This document shows, in pieces, positions 37,497-47,279 of a stretch of 64,000 nt of DNA. The position numbers and the translations under genes were made by a program. Numbering within the stretch: the first letter of the stretch is position 1; the number at the start of each line of letters is the position of its first letter. The DNA comes from Dehalococcoidia bacterium (GTDB lineage Bacteria > Chloroflexota > Dehalococcoidia > UBA2979), in the NCBI GenBank assembly GCA_963667465.2, contig CAXXDN010000002.1, forward strand, positions 384,001-448,000. The letters are read 5' to 3'. Under the pieces are notes generated by a model. That model ran no database searches, was not told the DNA's origin, and saw nothing but the letters and a program-made list of their open reading frames with translations.

Positions 37497-37907
37497 GTGG
37501 CCACGGAGCGCCCTCCTCGGGTGATGGACCCCTATGCCGAGCGCTTCTGGGAGTTCACCGGGCAGCAGGAGCTGCGCCTGCAGCAGTGCGGCGACTGTGG
37601 CCGCTTCCGCTGGCCGCCCGGCCCGATTTGCGATGGCTGCCTCTCCGAGGACTACGCCTGGGAGGAGGTGAGCGGCCAGGGCACGTTGCTGACCTGGGTG
37701 ACCTACCGCCGCCAGTACTTCCCGCAGTACCCGACCCCGCACACCGTGCTCATAGTCGAGCTCGACGAGGGCCCGCTGTTCGTCACCCAGCCCCTCGACC
37801 TCGAGGCCGACGGGTTGCGCGACGGCCTGGCGATGGAGCTCGACTGGCTCGACGGTGAGGATCGCCACGGCGAGTACCGGTTGCCGGTCTTCCGGCCCGC
37901 CGGATAA
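37497..37907 (+). CDS. DUF35 Zn-ribbon/OB-fold protein
   Basis: QQCGDC...ICDGC, SGQGTL, VELDEGP. Confidence 0.9.
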   Translation: MATERPPRVMDPYAERFWEFTGQQELRLQQCGDCGRFRWPPGPICDGCLSEDYAWEEVSGQGTLLTWVTYRRQYFPQYPTPHTVLIVELDEGPLFVTQPLDLEADGLRDGLAMELDWLDGEDRHGEYRLPVFRPAG

Positions 37908-37935
37908 CGCCGGGCCACCGCGAGAGGGGGACACC

Positions 37936-38898
37936 ATCGAGCGCATCGGCTTCGGCGCGTTCTACTCGCACCGCTCCGGACTCACGCCCGGCGAGTTCGC
38001 ACGCCGCATCGAGGAGCTCGGCTTCGACGGCTTCTGGGCGGGCGAGACGCCCACGAACCGCGATCCGTCGTACGACTCTTTCGCGACACTCTGTTTCGCG
38101 GCCGCCGCCACCTCGCGCATCACGGTCGGCTCGGACGTGCTGCTGCTGCCGCTGCACCACCCGGCCTGGGTGGCGAAGCAATTCGGCACCCTCGACGTGC
38201 TCTCCAACGGCCGCGCCATCCTCGGCGTGGGTGTGGGCGGCGAGTTCCCGAAGCAGTTCGAGGGCTTCGGCATCCCGTTGCGCGAGCGCGGCCGCCGCAC
38301 CGACGAGGGCATCGAGATCATCCGCAGCCTCTGGACGGAACAGGAGTCCAGCTACCACGGTCCGCACTTCGAGTTCGAGGGCATCACGATGGAGCCCAAG
38401 CCCATGCAGCAGCCGCACCCACCGATCTGGGTCGGCGGCCGGCCGGGAGGCATCGAGACCGGCCCGGACGGCGAGCCGCGCTTCAAGAGCACGACCGGCG
38501 CGATCGAGCGCGCCGCGAAGTACGGCGACGCCTGGGACCCCTACTACATGACGCCCGGGATGTACCGTGAGAGCGTCACGGCGATCCGCGCGCACGCCGA
38601 GGAGAACGGGCGCGACATCTCGAACATGGGGTGGGCGCTCACCACGTTCTGGCAGCTGCGCGATTCCTATGACGAGGCATTGGAGACGGCCGCCGGCAAG
38701 CTGCGCTACGGCCGTGACCTCTCGGCCCGCGTCGCGCGCTACGACATCCTCGGCAGCCCCTCCGACGTGATCCGGCGGCTGGAGACGTTCATCGACGCCG
38801 GTGTGCGTTACTTCATCTGCAACTGGTCATGCGACCCCTCGGAAGTACCGCGCCACATTGAGCTGATCGGCAACGAGGTGATCCCGCACTTCCGCTAG
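37936..38898 (+). CDS. LLM-class flavin-dependent oxidoreductase
   Basis: EELGFDGFW, LDVLSNGRAILGVGVG, PKPMQQPHPPIWVGG; the best RBS points to an ATC start at 37936. Confidence 0.9.
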   Translation: MERIGFGAFYSHRSGLTPGEFARRIEELGFDGFWAGETPTNRDPSYDSFATLCFAAAATSRITVGSDVLLLPLHHPAWVAKQFGTLDVLSNGRAILGVGVGGEFPKQFEGFGIPLRERGRRTDEGIEIIRSLWTEQESSYHGPHFEFEGITMEPKPMQQPHPPIWVGGRPGGIETGPDGEPRFKSTTGAIERAAKYGDAWDPYYMTPGMYRESVTAIRAHAEENGRDISNMGWALTTFWQLRDSYDEALETAAGKLRYGRDLSARVARYDILGSPSDVIRRLETFIDAGVRYFICNWSCDPSEVPRHIELIGNEVIPHFR

Positions 38899-38905
38899 GG
38901 GGCGG

Positions 38906-39682
38906 CTACCCCTGCCGTCGAGGCCGCGTTGCGAGCCGGACGATGAGCAGGGCTATGGCGAAAGCTGCGAGGAATGCGATCGCCCGGGCGGGCGGCCCGG
39001 CGGACTCGTTGGCCGCTGCCGCCATGTTGGCGGCGCCGGGGCCGGCGATGCGCTCGCCATCCTCGGACGCCGGGCCGTGGCCAGTGGATGCGAGGGCCGG
39101 GCCCGGTTGTGTGGCTTCCGAGGTTGGCGCCGGGTCGGGTGTCTCGCCCTCGGCGCTCAGTGCGGGGTCGGTGCCGGCGATGCCGGGCTCCGCGGCCTGT
39201 CCTTCGCCGAGTGCGTTGAGGTCGTCCTCCGCCCGTTCGAGGGGTTGCGTGCGGCTGCAGGAGCTGACGAACAGGGTGGCGCCGTCGACCTGCTCGTACA
39301 TGCGCTGGTCGGCGTAGACGAGGAAGTCCCCGCCAATCTCGAAGTTCCCGTACCCGCATGCCGGACCGTGCCACACGTACACGAACGTCGCCGACGCCAC
39401 GGACCCCTTCCAGACGGCGCCGACCTCGAACTCAACCGACCAGTACGACTCCGTGCGATCGGACCCGAAGTCCAGCTCGAACTCGTATGTCTCGAGGGAG
39501 ACGACCGTCCCCGAGAAGACGGCGGCGGCCTCTTCGAGAGCCTCGAGGGGCGGTGGCGGCTCGGCGCAGGAGCACGCCTGCACGCGCCCGGCGCCCGCAG
39601 CGAGCTGCATGGTCAGCAGCGGGGCCAGCAGCAAGGCGCTGGCTGCGATCATGAGTACCAGCCGTCGCGGCATCGAATCCAT
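38906..39682 (-). CDS. Secreted/anchored TIMP-NTR-like protein
   Basis: Signal peptide ending VQA then CSC; VFSGTV, VWKG, CG, LVYA and CSRT pattern; C-terminal hydrophobic helix with a basic tail. Confidence 0.7.
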   Translation of the reverse strand: MDSMPRRLVLMIAASALLLAPLLTMQLAAGAGRVQACSCAEPPPPLEALEEAAAVFSGTVVSLETYEFELDFGSDRTESYWSVEFEVGAVWKGSVASATFVYVWHGPACGYGNFEIGGDFLVYADQRMYEQVDGATLFVSSCSRTQPLERAEDDLNALGEGQAAEPGIAGTDPALSAEGETPDPAPTSEATQPGPALASTGHGPASEDGERIAGPGAANMAAAANESAGPPARAIAFLAAFAIALLIVRLATRPRRQG

Positions 39683-39852
39683 GGCAACTACCTCCCGCTG
39701 CACTCCCGGCCGAGCGCTGGAGATCCGGTGGCCCGTGTCTACCAATACGCGATCCGGCACTCCTTCGTTCCATCGGGACGGTGCGGGCGCTGGACAGTCG
39801 CACGAGGCGCGCGTACGAATGGCGGGCAATCACGCGCGGGAGGGATACGCAC

Positions 39853-40887
39853 ATGACCGACTCACTGCTCTGGGAAGACGTCAACGAGGGCGACGAGCTG
39901 CCCGTGCTTGAGTACCCGATCACTGTCAAGAACCTCGTCATGGGTGTCGTCGGCACGCGCGACTTCATGCCCTACCACCACGACTCCGAGTACACGAAGT
40001 CGATCGGCAGCCGTGACCAGTTCGTGAACACGATGTTCAACCAGGCGCTGTTCGGGCGCTTCGTGACCGACTGGTGCGGCCCGGACGCCGACTTCCGCGC
40101 CACCACGCTGCGCATGATCGGCCAGGTCTGTCCCGGCGACACGGCGATTATCGAGGGCCGCGTCGCGAAGAAGCACCGCGACGGCGACGACTACCTCGTC
40201 GAGCTGGAGCTGAACTCTCGCAACCACCTCGGGACGGCCTGCCTCTCGACGGCGACGATGGCGCTGCCGTCTCGCGAGGGCGGCGCGGTGAAGCCGCGGC
40301 TGGAGCTGGAGAAGCCGCAGATCGAGCTGGACCCGGAGTTCCCGGACTTCGCCCGCGAGTGGCTCGGCAAGGAGTCGGAGCCGCGCTCCGGCGCCTACCC
40401 GGTGAGCGAGGTCCAGATCATGTACTGGGCGGACATGGTGGAGGACGCCAACCCGCTCTACGAGGACACGGAGTACGCGCGCAACAGCCGCCACGGCGGG
40501 ATCATCGCCCCGCCGATGGGGCTCATCACCTGGACGATGGATCGCCCTGGCCGCAGCGGCGTCAACCCGGAGGCCCCGGACGTCAGCGAGCCCGACCGCG
40601 GGCCGTGGCCGCCTCGCAGCGAGCCGCGCGCAACGGCGGAGCGCTTCGACCCGCCGGGCGCGACGGCGACGATCGCGACGATCTCGGAGCAGGCGTACGG
40701 CAAGCCGCTGCGTCCGGGCGACCGCGTGTCGGCCTCGACGGAGGTGGTCAACTGCTCCGGGCTGAAGCAGACGCGGCTCGGGCCGGGCTACTTCACGACG
40801 GTGCTCAACAACTACTACAACCAGGACGGTGACCTGGTCGGTACGAACCTGTTCACGCTGCTGCGCTACACCGCGCAGGAGGGCTAG
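39853..40887 (+). CDS. Double MaoC-like hot-dog dehydratase
   Basis: WEDVNEGDELP, RDFMPYHHD, EDANPLY, IIAPP. Confidence 0.85.
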   Translation: MTDSLLWEDVNEGDELPVLEYPITVKNLVMGVVGTRDFMPYHHDSEYTKSIGSRDQFVNTMFNQALFGRFVTDWCGPDADFRATTLRMIGQVCPGDTAIIEGRVAKKHRDGDDYLVELELNSRNHLGTACLSTATMALPSREGGAVKPRLELEKPQIELDPEFPDFAREWLGKESEPRSGAYPVSEVQIMYWADMVEDANPLYEDTEYARNSRHGGIIAPPMGLITWTMDRPGRSGVNPEAPDVSEPDRGPWPPRSEPRATAERFDPPGATATIATISEQAYGKPLRPGDRVSASTEVVNCSGLKQTRLGPGYFTTVLNNYYNQDGDLVGTNLFTLLRYTAQEG

Positions 40888-40993
40888 CGAGGCCCGCTCT
40901 CGATTCCGCGCCGCGAGAGCGTCCGGCGAGGCCGCTCCTGTGTAATAATGCGCGCAAGCCCACGGATCGGATCCGCGGCCTGCACGGAAGGCG

Positions 40994-42229
40994 ATGACGA
41001 TGGCGATTGCACCTCCTCCTACCCCGACGAACCGCTCCACGGGCACAACCGTGATGGGCGAGTCCGGGATTCCGACCTCGGAGATCCGTGACCGCTACTT
41101 CATGGTCTCGGCGGACAACCACATCAACGGCCCGCCCGACCTCTTCGAGAAGCGCGTCGACAAGCGCTTCCGCCACCGCCTGCCTCGCCAGGAGGTGGAC
41201 GAGAACGGCGTGAAGTGGTCGATCACCGAGGGCCTGCGCCCGATGAAGATCCGCGACTTCAAGCTCTCCGGCGAGGACCGCGAGCGCTCGATGGGCGGTT
41301 ACTTCGACTGGGAGAAGCGCTGGGCCGACCACGGCCGCGACGGCGTGGATGCCGAGATCGTCTTTCCCAATGGCGGTGGCCTCATGGCCTGGGCGACACC
41401 CGACCCGCGGCTCGCCACCGCGCTCTGCCGCGCGCAGAACGACTGGTACTACGAGGTCATTGGCGATCACTTCGATCGGACCATGCCGGCCGCGCTGATC
41501 GCCCCCGCCGACGTGGACGAGGCGATCAAGGAGGTCGATCGCGCCGTCAAAATGGGCTTCCGTGCGCTCAACATCCCGGTCCGCCCGTTCCATGAGAGCG
41601 CGGGCGCGAAGAGCTCGCAGATCGGCTACAACTCGCCGATGTTCGAGCCGCTCTGGAGCGCCATCGAGGACGCGGACGTGCCGCTGACCTGCCACGTCGC
41701 CACGGGCAAGGACCCGCGCACGGCGAGCGGCGAGGGCGGCGCGGTAATCAACTACGTCACGCACGCGCTGACGCCGGCGATCGAGCCGTTCACGCACTTC
41801 TGCGCCTCGGGCATCCTGGAGCGGCACCCGAAGCTGCGCTTCGGGACCGTCGAGTCCGGCATCGGCTTCGTGCCATGGATGCTCTCCGGCATGGACGAGG
41901 CGTACGAAAAGCACCACTTCTGGGTCTTCCCGAAGCTGAAGATGCTTCCCAGCGAGTACTTCCGGCAGCAGTGTTTCGCGACCTTCCAGGAAGACCCGGC
42001 CGGGATCCTGCTCGCGCGTGACTACCAGATCACGAAGAACGGGCTCTGGGGCAGCGACTACCCGCACCACGAGGGCTCCTGGCCGCACTCGGACGAGGCG
42101 ATCGCCCGCACGATGGGCCACCTCACCGAGGAGGAGCGCCGCGACGTGCTCGGCCTCAACGCCGCGCGCCTCTTCGGCTTCGACGTGCCGGAGCAGTACG
42201 ACTACGACATCGACGGCAACGACCGCTAG
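40994..42229 (+). CDS. Amidohydrolase_2 family protein
   Basis: VSADNH, HV, ESGIG, WGSDYPH; -10-like TAATAAT at about 40943. Confidence 0.9.
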   Translation: MTMAIAPPPTPTNRSTGTTVMGESGIPTSEIRDRYFMVSADNHINGPPDLFEKRVDKRFRHRLPRQEVDENGVKWSITEGLRPMKIRDFKLSGEDRERSMGGYFDWEKRWADHGRDGVDAEIVFPNGGGLMAWATPDPRLATALCRAQNDWYYEVIGDHFDRTMPAALIAPADVDEAIKEVDRAVKMGFRALNIPVRPFHESAGAKSSQIGYNSPMFEPLWSAIEDADVPLTCHVATGKDPRTASGEGGAVINYVTHALTPAIEPFTHFCASGILERHPKLRFGTVESGIGFVPWMLSGMDEAYEKHHFWVFPKLKMLPSEYFRQQCFATFQEDPAGILLARDYQITKNGLWGSDYPHHEGSWPHSDEAIARTMGHLTEEERRDVLGLNAARLFGFDVPEQYDYDIDGNDR

Positions 42230-42340
42230 GGCCGTACCGGACGCAGTCGAGGCGAGCCGCCCGCGAGGGCGGCTCGTTCGTGTCCGGGGACAGCGAGGGC
42301 GCGCGATGCCTGCTACGCTGCGCGCCGATCCGGGGGGTGC

Positions 42341-43015
42341 ATGATGGCAGACGAGAACACGAGCGTGAGCCTGGCCGAACGATTCGACGCCGGAGCACGT
42401 GACTACGGCGGCTGGCTGGCCGCTCTCCCCGCCCATCGCGAGGAGTTCGAGCGTCACTACAAGGCGTACGAGCCGGTCGAGGACGACCACGGGCGCATGG
42501 AGCGGGCGGTCGAATTCGTTGGCGGCTCGCTCCGCGCGCTGGTCATCACCGACCCCACAACCCCTGACGACTGGCGCGGCGTCGCCGTCATGGCGAAGAT
42601 CGCCGACATATTCGGCGTCGATCTCTCGATCCTGCCCGCCGATGGCAACGAGGACCTCGTGGAGTCACGTACCAATAGCTACGGCGAGACGGGCACGCCG
42701 ACGATCGTCTTCCTCGATGGAGACGGGACGGAGCTCGGGCATCTCTCGGGGCGTCCGGACCAGGTGGAGATGGACGTCAACCGCGCGATCGAGGAAGAGC
42801 ACGGGTTCGACTTCCCGCTCGAGGGGCCCGAGTTCGAGGCTGCGGTGCAGGTCTACTTGCAGGGCGACGGCCGCAAGCGCGAGTCAGCCTGGCGGCACGC
42901 GCAACTGTGGGACACGGTCGGCGTCGTCGCTCCGGTGGTGCAACGCATCAGCCGCGGCACCATCGGCCCGATCGGCGTGCTGAAGCCGGACGCCTCACCG
43001 GCCCGCGAGGGGTAA
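42341..43015 (+). CDS. Thioredoxin-fold (Thioredoxin_9-like) protein without cysteines
   Basis: LVITDPTTPDD at the usual WCxDC position; TPTIVFLDGDG.ELG...RP; no Cys in the translation. Confidence 0.65.
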   Translation: MMADENTSVSLAERFDAGARDYGGWLAALPAHREEFERHYKAYEPVEDDHGRMERAVEFVGGSLRALVITDPTTPDDWRGVAVMAKIADIFGVDLSILPADGNEDLVESRTNSYGETGTPTIVFLDGDGTELGHLSGRPDQVEMDVNRAIEEEHGFDFPLEGPEFEAAVQVYLQGDGRKRESAWRHAQLWDTVGVVAPVVQRISRGTIGPIGVLKPDASPAREG

Positions 43016-43120
43016 GCCCCGGACCCACGTCGCGCGGGGAGCGCTCCACACCGGCGCACCACGGCAGACACGCGAGTTGCCTCGGAGGGTGGGTGTGCCC
43101 TCGGAGCGGCGCTGCGCGCC

Positions 43121-43335
43121 GGGCCCTCACCCTCCGCCCTCTCCCGCGGGGCGAGGGGACCGGATCCGCCATCGCACGTCCCGTGTGCGCCCTCGATGGT
43201 TCCGAGCGTTGCGCGCGGGCTGCGCCCGCTCCCCCTCACCCCCGCCCTCTCCCGCCGGGGGAGAGGGGGCCGGAGGGGGGTGGGGGCGCAGCCCCCACAG
43301 GAAAGAAACTCCGAGGGTGGGTGGGTGGGTCCGAG
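43121..43335 (+). repeat. REP-like cluster (two palindromes plus G-rich tail)
   Basis: Copies at 43124-43165 and 43215-43277; GGGTGGGTGGGTGGG at 43315-43329; lies between convergent genes. Confidence 0.88.
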
Positions 43336-43366
43336 CGGCGCGCAGCGCCCGCTCGTCCGGGCGGCG

Positions 43367-43723
43367 CTAGTCGTCGATGCCGCGCACGGCGCTCTTCGGA
43401 TCGGCCGGGATGCGGGCGAACCGCTGCTTGCGGTCGAAATCGAGCTGCTCCGCCCAGACCTCACCCGGATCGTCAGCGAGCAGCACGTCCGCGTACTCCG
43501 CCTCGAGGCCCTCGGACGGCCAGCGCCGGATTCGCACGCCGATCGCCTCCGGGGGAATCGGCGCGATCTGCGTCTCGCCGCCGCGCCCGCTGTAGAACCA
43601 CTCGCCCTCGACACCCTCGTCCTCGTCGACGATCCAGGAGGCGAACCAGAGCAGGCCGAAGCCTTCCTCGTTCATGAGCTCCGGCCAGTGCAGCGTCAGC
43701 GCCGTGTTTCCGTTGTCTGCCAT
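43367..43723 (-). CDS. Hypothetical acidic protein
   Basis: ATG after GGAGG; 118 aa, Trp- and acid-rich, host-like codons. Confidence 0.65.
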   Translation of the reverse strand: MADNGNTALTLHWPELMNEEGFGLLWFASWIVDEDEGVEGEWFYSGRGGETQIAPIPPEAIGVRIRRWPSEGLEAEYADVLLADDPGEVWAEQLDFDRKQRFARIPADPKSAVRGIDD

Positions 43724-43784
43724 GACAGGGTGCCTCCACCAGGAACGCCGGACGCTGCGAGGATGGCGAGCGCGCCCGTGCCCG

Positions 43785-44264
43785 TCAACCGCCGTCGCTC
43801 TCGCCGCCGACGTCGACCACGAGGCTCCCGTGCAGGCCCTCGTGGCCGGGTAGGACGCAGAAGAAGCTGAGTGCGCCCTGCTGCGGTGCGTGGATGCGGA
43901 TGACCGTGTCGCCGTCCGGCGCGACCCGCTCGTCGATCTCCGCGCCGCCGAGCCCGCTGAGCACGAAGAGGTGCGGCGCGCCGGCGCTGCCATCGAGCAC
44001 GAAGTCGATCACCTCGCCGGGCCGCACCGCCAGCCCGCGCAGGTCCAGCTGGCCGGTCGAGGCGTCCACGATGATCGTGCGCGCGGCCGTTTCCGCGCCG
44101 AGATCGCGCTCGATCGGCGCGAGCCCGTCGTGGGAGTGCGCGCCCTGCCACACGGCCCAGACGAGCGCGGCGCCGAGGACCAGCAGGGCGGCGACCCGGC
44201 GTGGGCGAAACGCCCCGGGGCGGAGCGGGGAGCGGTTACGCAGGGTCTGGCTGAGACTGCGCAT
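43785..44264 (-). CDS. Cupredoxin-like membrane-anchored protein
   Basis: TM helix, VRPGEVIDF, PHLFV, FFCVLPGHEGLHGSLVV. Confidence 0.75.
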   Translation of the reverse strand: MRSLSQTLRNRSPLRPGAFRPRRVAALLVLGAALVWAVWQGAHSHDGLAPIERDLGAETAARTIIVDASTGQLDLRGLAVRPGEVIDFVLDGSAGAPHLFVLSGLGGAEIDERVAPDGDTVIRIHAPQQGALSFFCVLPGHEGLHGSLVVDVGGESDGG

Positions 44265-44345
44265 GCCTCGGACTTCCTCGTGCCTCCAGAGTACCGCCTC
44301 GTGGAGCGGGTGGCGTGGCAGCGCAAGCAGCGCCAGACTTGCGGC

Positions 44346-45491
44346 ATGAACCTGTCGCTCTCGAGGCTGCAGACGCTCGTCTACCTCGCAATCGGCCTGC
44401 TGCTGCTCGTCTTCGTCGTCGCACTGCCCGCAGCCGGCGTCTTCGAGACGCCCTCGATCAACCCCTTCGATGGCGAGAGCAGTGAGGCTGTCGTCGTGAC
44501 CGTCGAGGAGACAGCGCGGGAGCAGACCGCCGGTGGCATGGCGCTCGTCTTCCAGCGGGTCGGGCTGCGCCTCGATGACGGCGAAACGGTGACCATCGAC
44601 CGGCAGATCGCACGGGACGACGCGTTCGCGATCCGGGTCAAACCCGGAGACGACGTGCTCGTCACGGCCTACGACGCCGGCGGCGGCCAGACGGCCTACT
44701 TCATCGCCGATCGGCTGCGGACGTTCCCGCTCTGGGTGCTGGGCGCCGTCTTCGCGGCGGCGGTCGTGCTGGTCGGACGCTGGCGAGGGGTCTGGTCGCT
44801 GGTCGGGCTGGTCGCGAGTTTCCTCGTGATCGTGCGCTTCATCGTGCCGGCGATCCTCTCCGGGATGAGCCCGCTGGTCGCCACGCTGATCGGCGCGAGC
44901 GTGATCATGACCACCACGCTCGTTCTCGCCCACGGTGCGAGCAGGAAGTCGGGGACTGCCCTCGTGGGGACCGTGCTCAGCCTGCTGCTCGCGGTCCTGC
45001 TCGCGACGTTCGCGGTCGAGGTCACGGCGCTGACCGGCCTGGCCGGCGACCAGGAGGCGACACTGCAGCTGCTCTCGGGTGGCTCGATCGACGCTCGCGG
45101 CGTGCTGCTCGGCGGCATCATCATCGGCGCGCTCGGCGTGCTCGACGACGTCACGGCCACGCAGTCCTCGGCGGTCTTCGAGCTGCGGCGCGCGAACCCG
45201 CTGCTGGGCGCTGGCGAGCTGTTCGCGCGAGGGCTCAACGTCGGCCGCGACCACATCGCCTCGACGGCGAACACGCTGGTGCTGGCTTACGCGGGCGCGG
45301 CGCTGCCGCTGATCGTGATCCTCTCCGTGCAGCCGGAGCCGCTCGGCCTGCTGATCAGCCGCGAGCAGATCTCCACCGAGATCGTGCGCACGCTCGTCGG
45401 CAGCATCGGCATCGTTGCCGCCGTGCCGATCACCACCGCCATCGCGGCGCTCGCCGCGGGCGCCCTCGAGGAGGGCGAGGCGCCGGCATGA
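44346..45491 (+). CDS. YibE/F family membrane protein
   Basis: GIIIGALGVLDDV, GRDHIASTANTLVLAYAG, EIVRTLVGSIG. Confidence 0.92.
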   Translation: MNLSLSRLQTLVYLAIGLLLLVFVVALPAAGVFETPSINPFDGESSEAVVVTVEETAREQTAGGMALVFQRVGLRLDDGETVTIDRQIARDDAFAIRVKPGDDVLVTAYDAGGGQTAYFIADRLRTFPLWVLGAVFAAAVVLVGRWRGVWSLVGLVASFLVIVRFIVPAILSGMSPLVATLIGASVIMTTTLVLAHGASRKSGTALVGTVLSLLLAVLLATFAVEVTALTGLAGDQEATLQLLSGGSIDARGVLLGGIIIGALGVLDDVTATQSSAVFELRRANPLLGAGELFARGLNVGRDHIASTANTLVLAYAGAALPLIVILSVQPEPLGLLISREQISTEIVRTLVGSIGIVAAVPITTAIAALAAGALEEGEAPA

Positions 45492-45946
45492 CGGCGCACT
45501 GCACCTTCTGCGCGATCGCGGCGGGCGAGGCGGAGGCGGAGGTCGTTCTCGAGGACAAGCGGTTTCTCGCCTTCCTCGATCACCGCCCCGTGTTCCACGG
45601 CCACGTGCTGCTGATCCCGCGCGAACACGCCGAGACGCTGCCGGACCTGCCGCGAGGGGACGCGGGTCCGCTGCTGGAGCGCGCGCAGCTGCTCGCGCGC
45701 GCCGTCCCGCAGGCGATGGGCGCCGAGGGCACGTTCGTGGCGATCAATAACGGTGTCAGTCAGAGCGTGCCGCACCTGCACGTGCACGTCGTCCCGCGCT
45801 CGCGCGGTGACGGTCTGCGAGGCTTCTTCTGGCCGCGCCACACGTACGAAAGCACCTCGCAACTGCGCGACACCGCCGAGCGCGTCCGCGCCGCTGTCGA
45901 GCGCCTGAGCGCGGGCGGGGACGGCGAGCCCGAAGCGCGCGCGTGA
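45488..45946 (+). CDS. HIT family nucleotide hydrolase
   Basis: CTFCAI, GHVLLIP, QSVPHLHVHVVPR. Confidence 0.93.
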   Translation: MTAHCTFCAIAAGEAEAEVVLEDKRFLAFLDHRPVFHGHVLLIPREHAETLPDLPRGDAGPLLERAQLLARAVPQAMGAEGTFVAINNGVSQSVPHLHVHVVPRSRGDGLRGFFWPRHTYESTSQLRDTAERVRAAVERLSAGGDGEPEARA

Positions 45947-45988
45947 CGTAGACTCTGGCCGCGCGGCGGGCGCTGGGAGGCAATCAGG

Positions 45989-46222
45989 ATGGCGGAAGCG
46001 CTACAGGTCATCGAGCTGCCCGAGACGCACGTGCGCATCGTCGTGGAGGGCGACGCGACCCCGCTGCTGCGTCGCGGCGGCGGCGACAGCTTCGGCTGCG
46101 GCGCCTGCGGCGCCACGCTCGTCGAGGACGCCTGGAGCTGGGAAATCTACAACCTCGTTCTGCATTGCCCTGGCTGCGGGGCGCACAACGAGGTCGGGAA
46201 GCCGGCCACGGAAGGCCGCTAA
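45989..46222 (+). CDS. Small zinc-ribbon protein
   Basis: CGACG...CPGCG; GGGAGG RBS. Confidence 0.65.
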   Translation: MAEALQVIELPETHVRIVVEGDATPLLRRGGGDSFGCGACGATLVEDAWSWEIYNLVLHCPGCGAHNEVGKPATEGR

Positions 46223-46252
46223 GGGACCGCCACGGAGTCGCTGAGGAGCACC

Positions 46253-47278
46253 ATGCAAGTCTGGGCCTCGAAACCGCGCGACATGCCGCCGAAGGAGGTG
46301 GGTGATTACGCCCGCCGCGTCGAGGCGCTGGGCTACGACGGGCTGACCGTCTCCGAGGGCGTCCACGACGGCTCCGTCAACGCCTGGGCCGCCCTCGCGG
46401 CGACCACCGAGCTGCGGGTCGCCGTCAGCGTCTTCGTCGCCTTCTCGCGCAGCCCGATGTCGCTCGCCTACGCCTGCTGGGACTTGCAGGATTTCGCCGG
46501 TGGGCGCTTCGTGATCGGCCTCGGCACGCAGGTCAAGGCGAACATCGAGCAGCGCTTCTCGATGCCGTGGACCCCGCCCGTGCCGCGCATGCGCGAGTAT
46601 GTGCGGTCGCTGCGCGCGATCTTCGACACCTGGGCGGCGCAGGACGGCACGCGCCTGCGTTTCGAGGGCGAGCACTACCGCTTCACGCGCATGCAGCCGT
46701 ACTTCACTCCCACCCCGATCGAGCACCCCGAGATCCCGATCTACCTCGGCGCCGTCGGCCCCGCGATGACGCGCCTCACCGGCGAGGTCGCCGACGGGTT
46801 CTTCACGCACAGCTGCAATAGCGACCCGCGGGCCATCCGCGAGCTCGCGCTGCCGGCCGTCGAGGCTGGCGCGCAGCGCTCCGGCCGCTCGCTGGACGAT
46901 GTCGACGTCATGGTCTCGCCCTACATGAACACCGGCTCGACGGCCGAGGAGATCGCGGAGGCGCGCGAGGCCAACCGCCGCCAGATGGGGATCATGTACT
47001 CGACCCCGAACTACTGGGGTCCGCTGCGCCTGCGCGGGATCGAGGACCTCGGCACGCGGCTCCGCGAGCTCACCCGCGAGAACCGCTGGGGTGAGCTGGC
47101 AGACCTGCTCGACGACGACCTCGTCGACGAGATCGCGATCACCGGCGATTACATCGACTCGGCGCACCTGCTCAAGGAGCGCTACGGCGAACTGCCGGTC
47201 TCGCTGCGCTTCCCGCTGCCGGACGACCCCGCCGACGACGGACAGATCGCGAGGGCGCTCGAGATCCTCCGGGACTGA
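46253..47278 (+). CDS. LLM-class probable F420-dependent oxidoreductase (TIGR03617-like)
   Basis: AFSRSPM, WDLQ, GLGTQVKANIEQRF, FEGEHYRFT. Confidence 0.88.
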   Translation: MQVWASKPRDMPPKEVGDYARRVEALGYDGLTVSEGVHDGSVNAWAALAATTELRVAVSVFVAFSRSPMSLAYACWDLQDFAGGRFVIGLGTQVKANIEQRFSMPWTPPVPRMREYVRSLRAIFDTWAAQDGTRLRFEGEHYRFTRMQPYFTPTPIEHPEIPIYLGAVGPAMTRLTGEVADGFFTHSCNSDPRAIRELALPAVEAGAQRSGRSLDDVDVMVSPYMNTGSTAEEIAEAREANRRQMGIMYSTPNYWGPLRLRGIEDLGTRLRELTRENRWGELADLLDDDLVDEIAITGDYIDSAHLLKERYGELPVSLRFPLPDDPADDGQIARALEILRD

Positions 47279-47279
47279 C

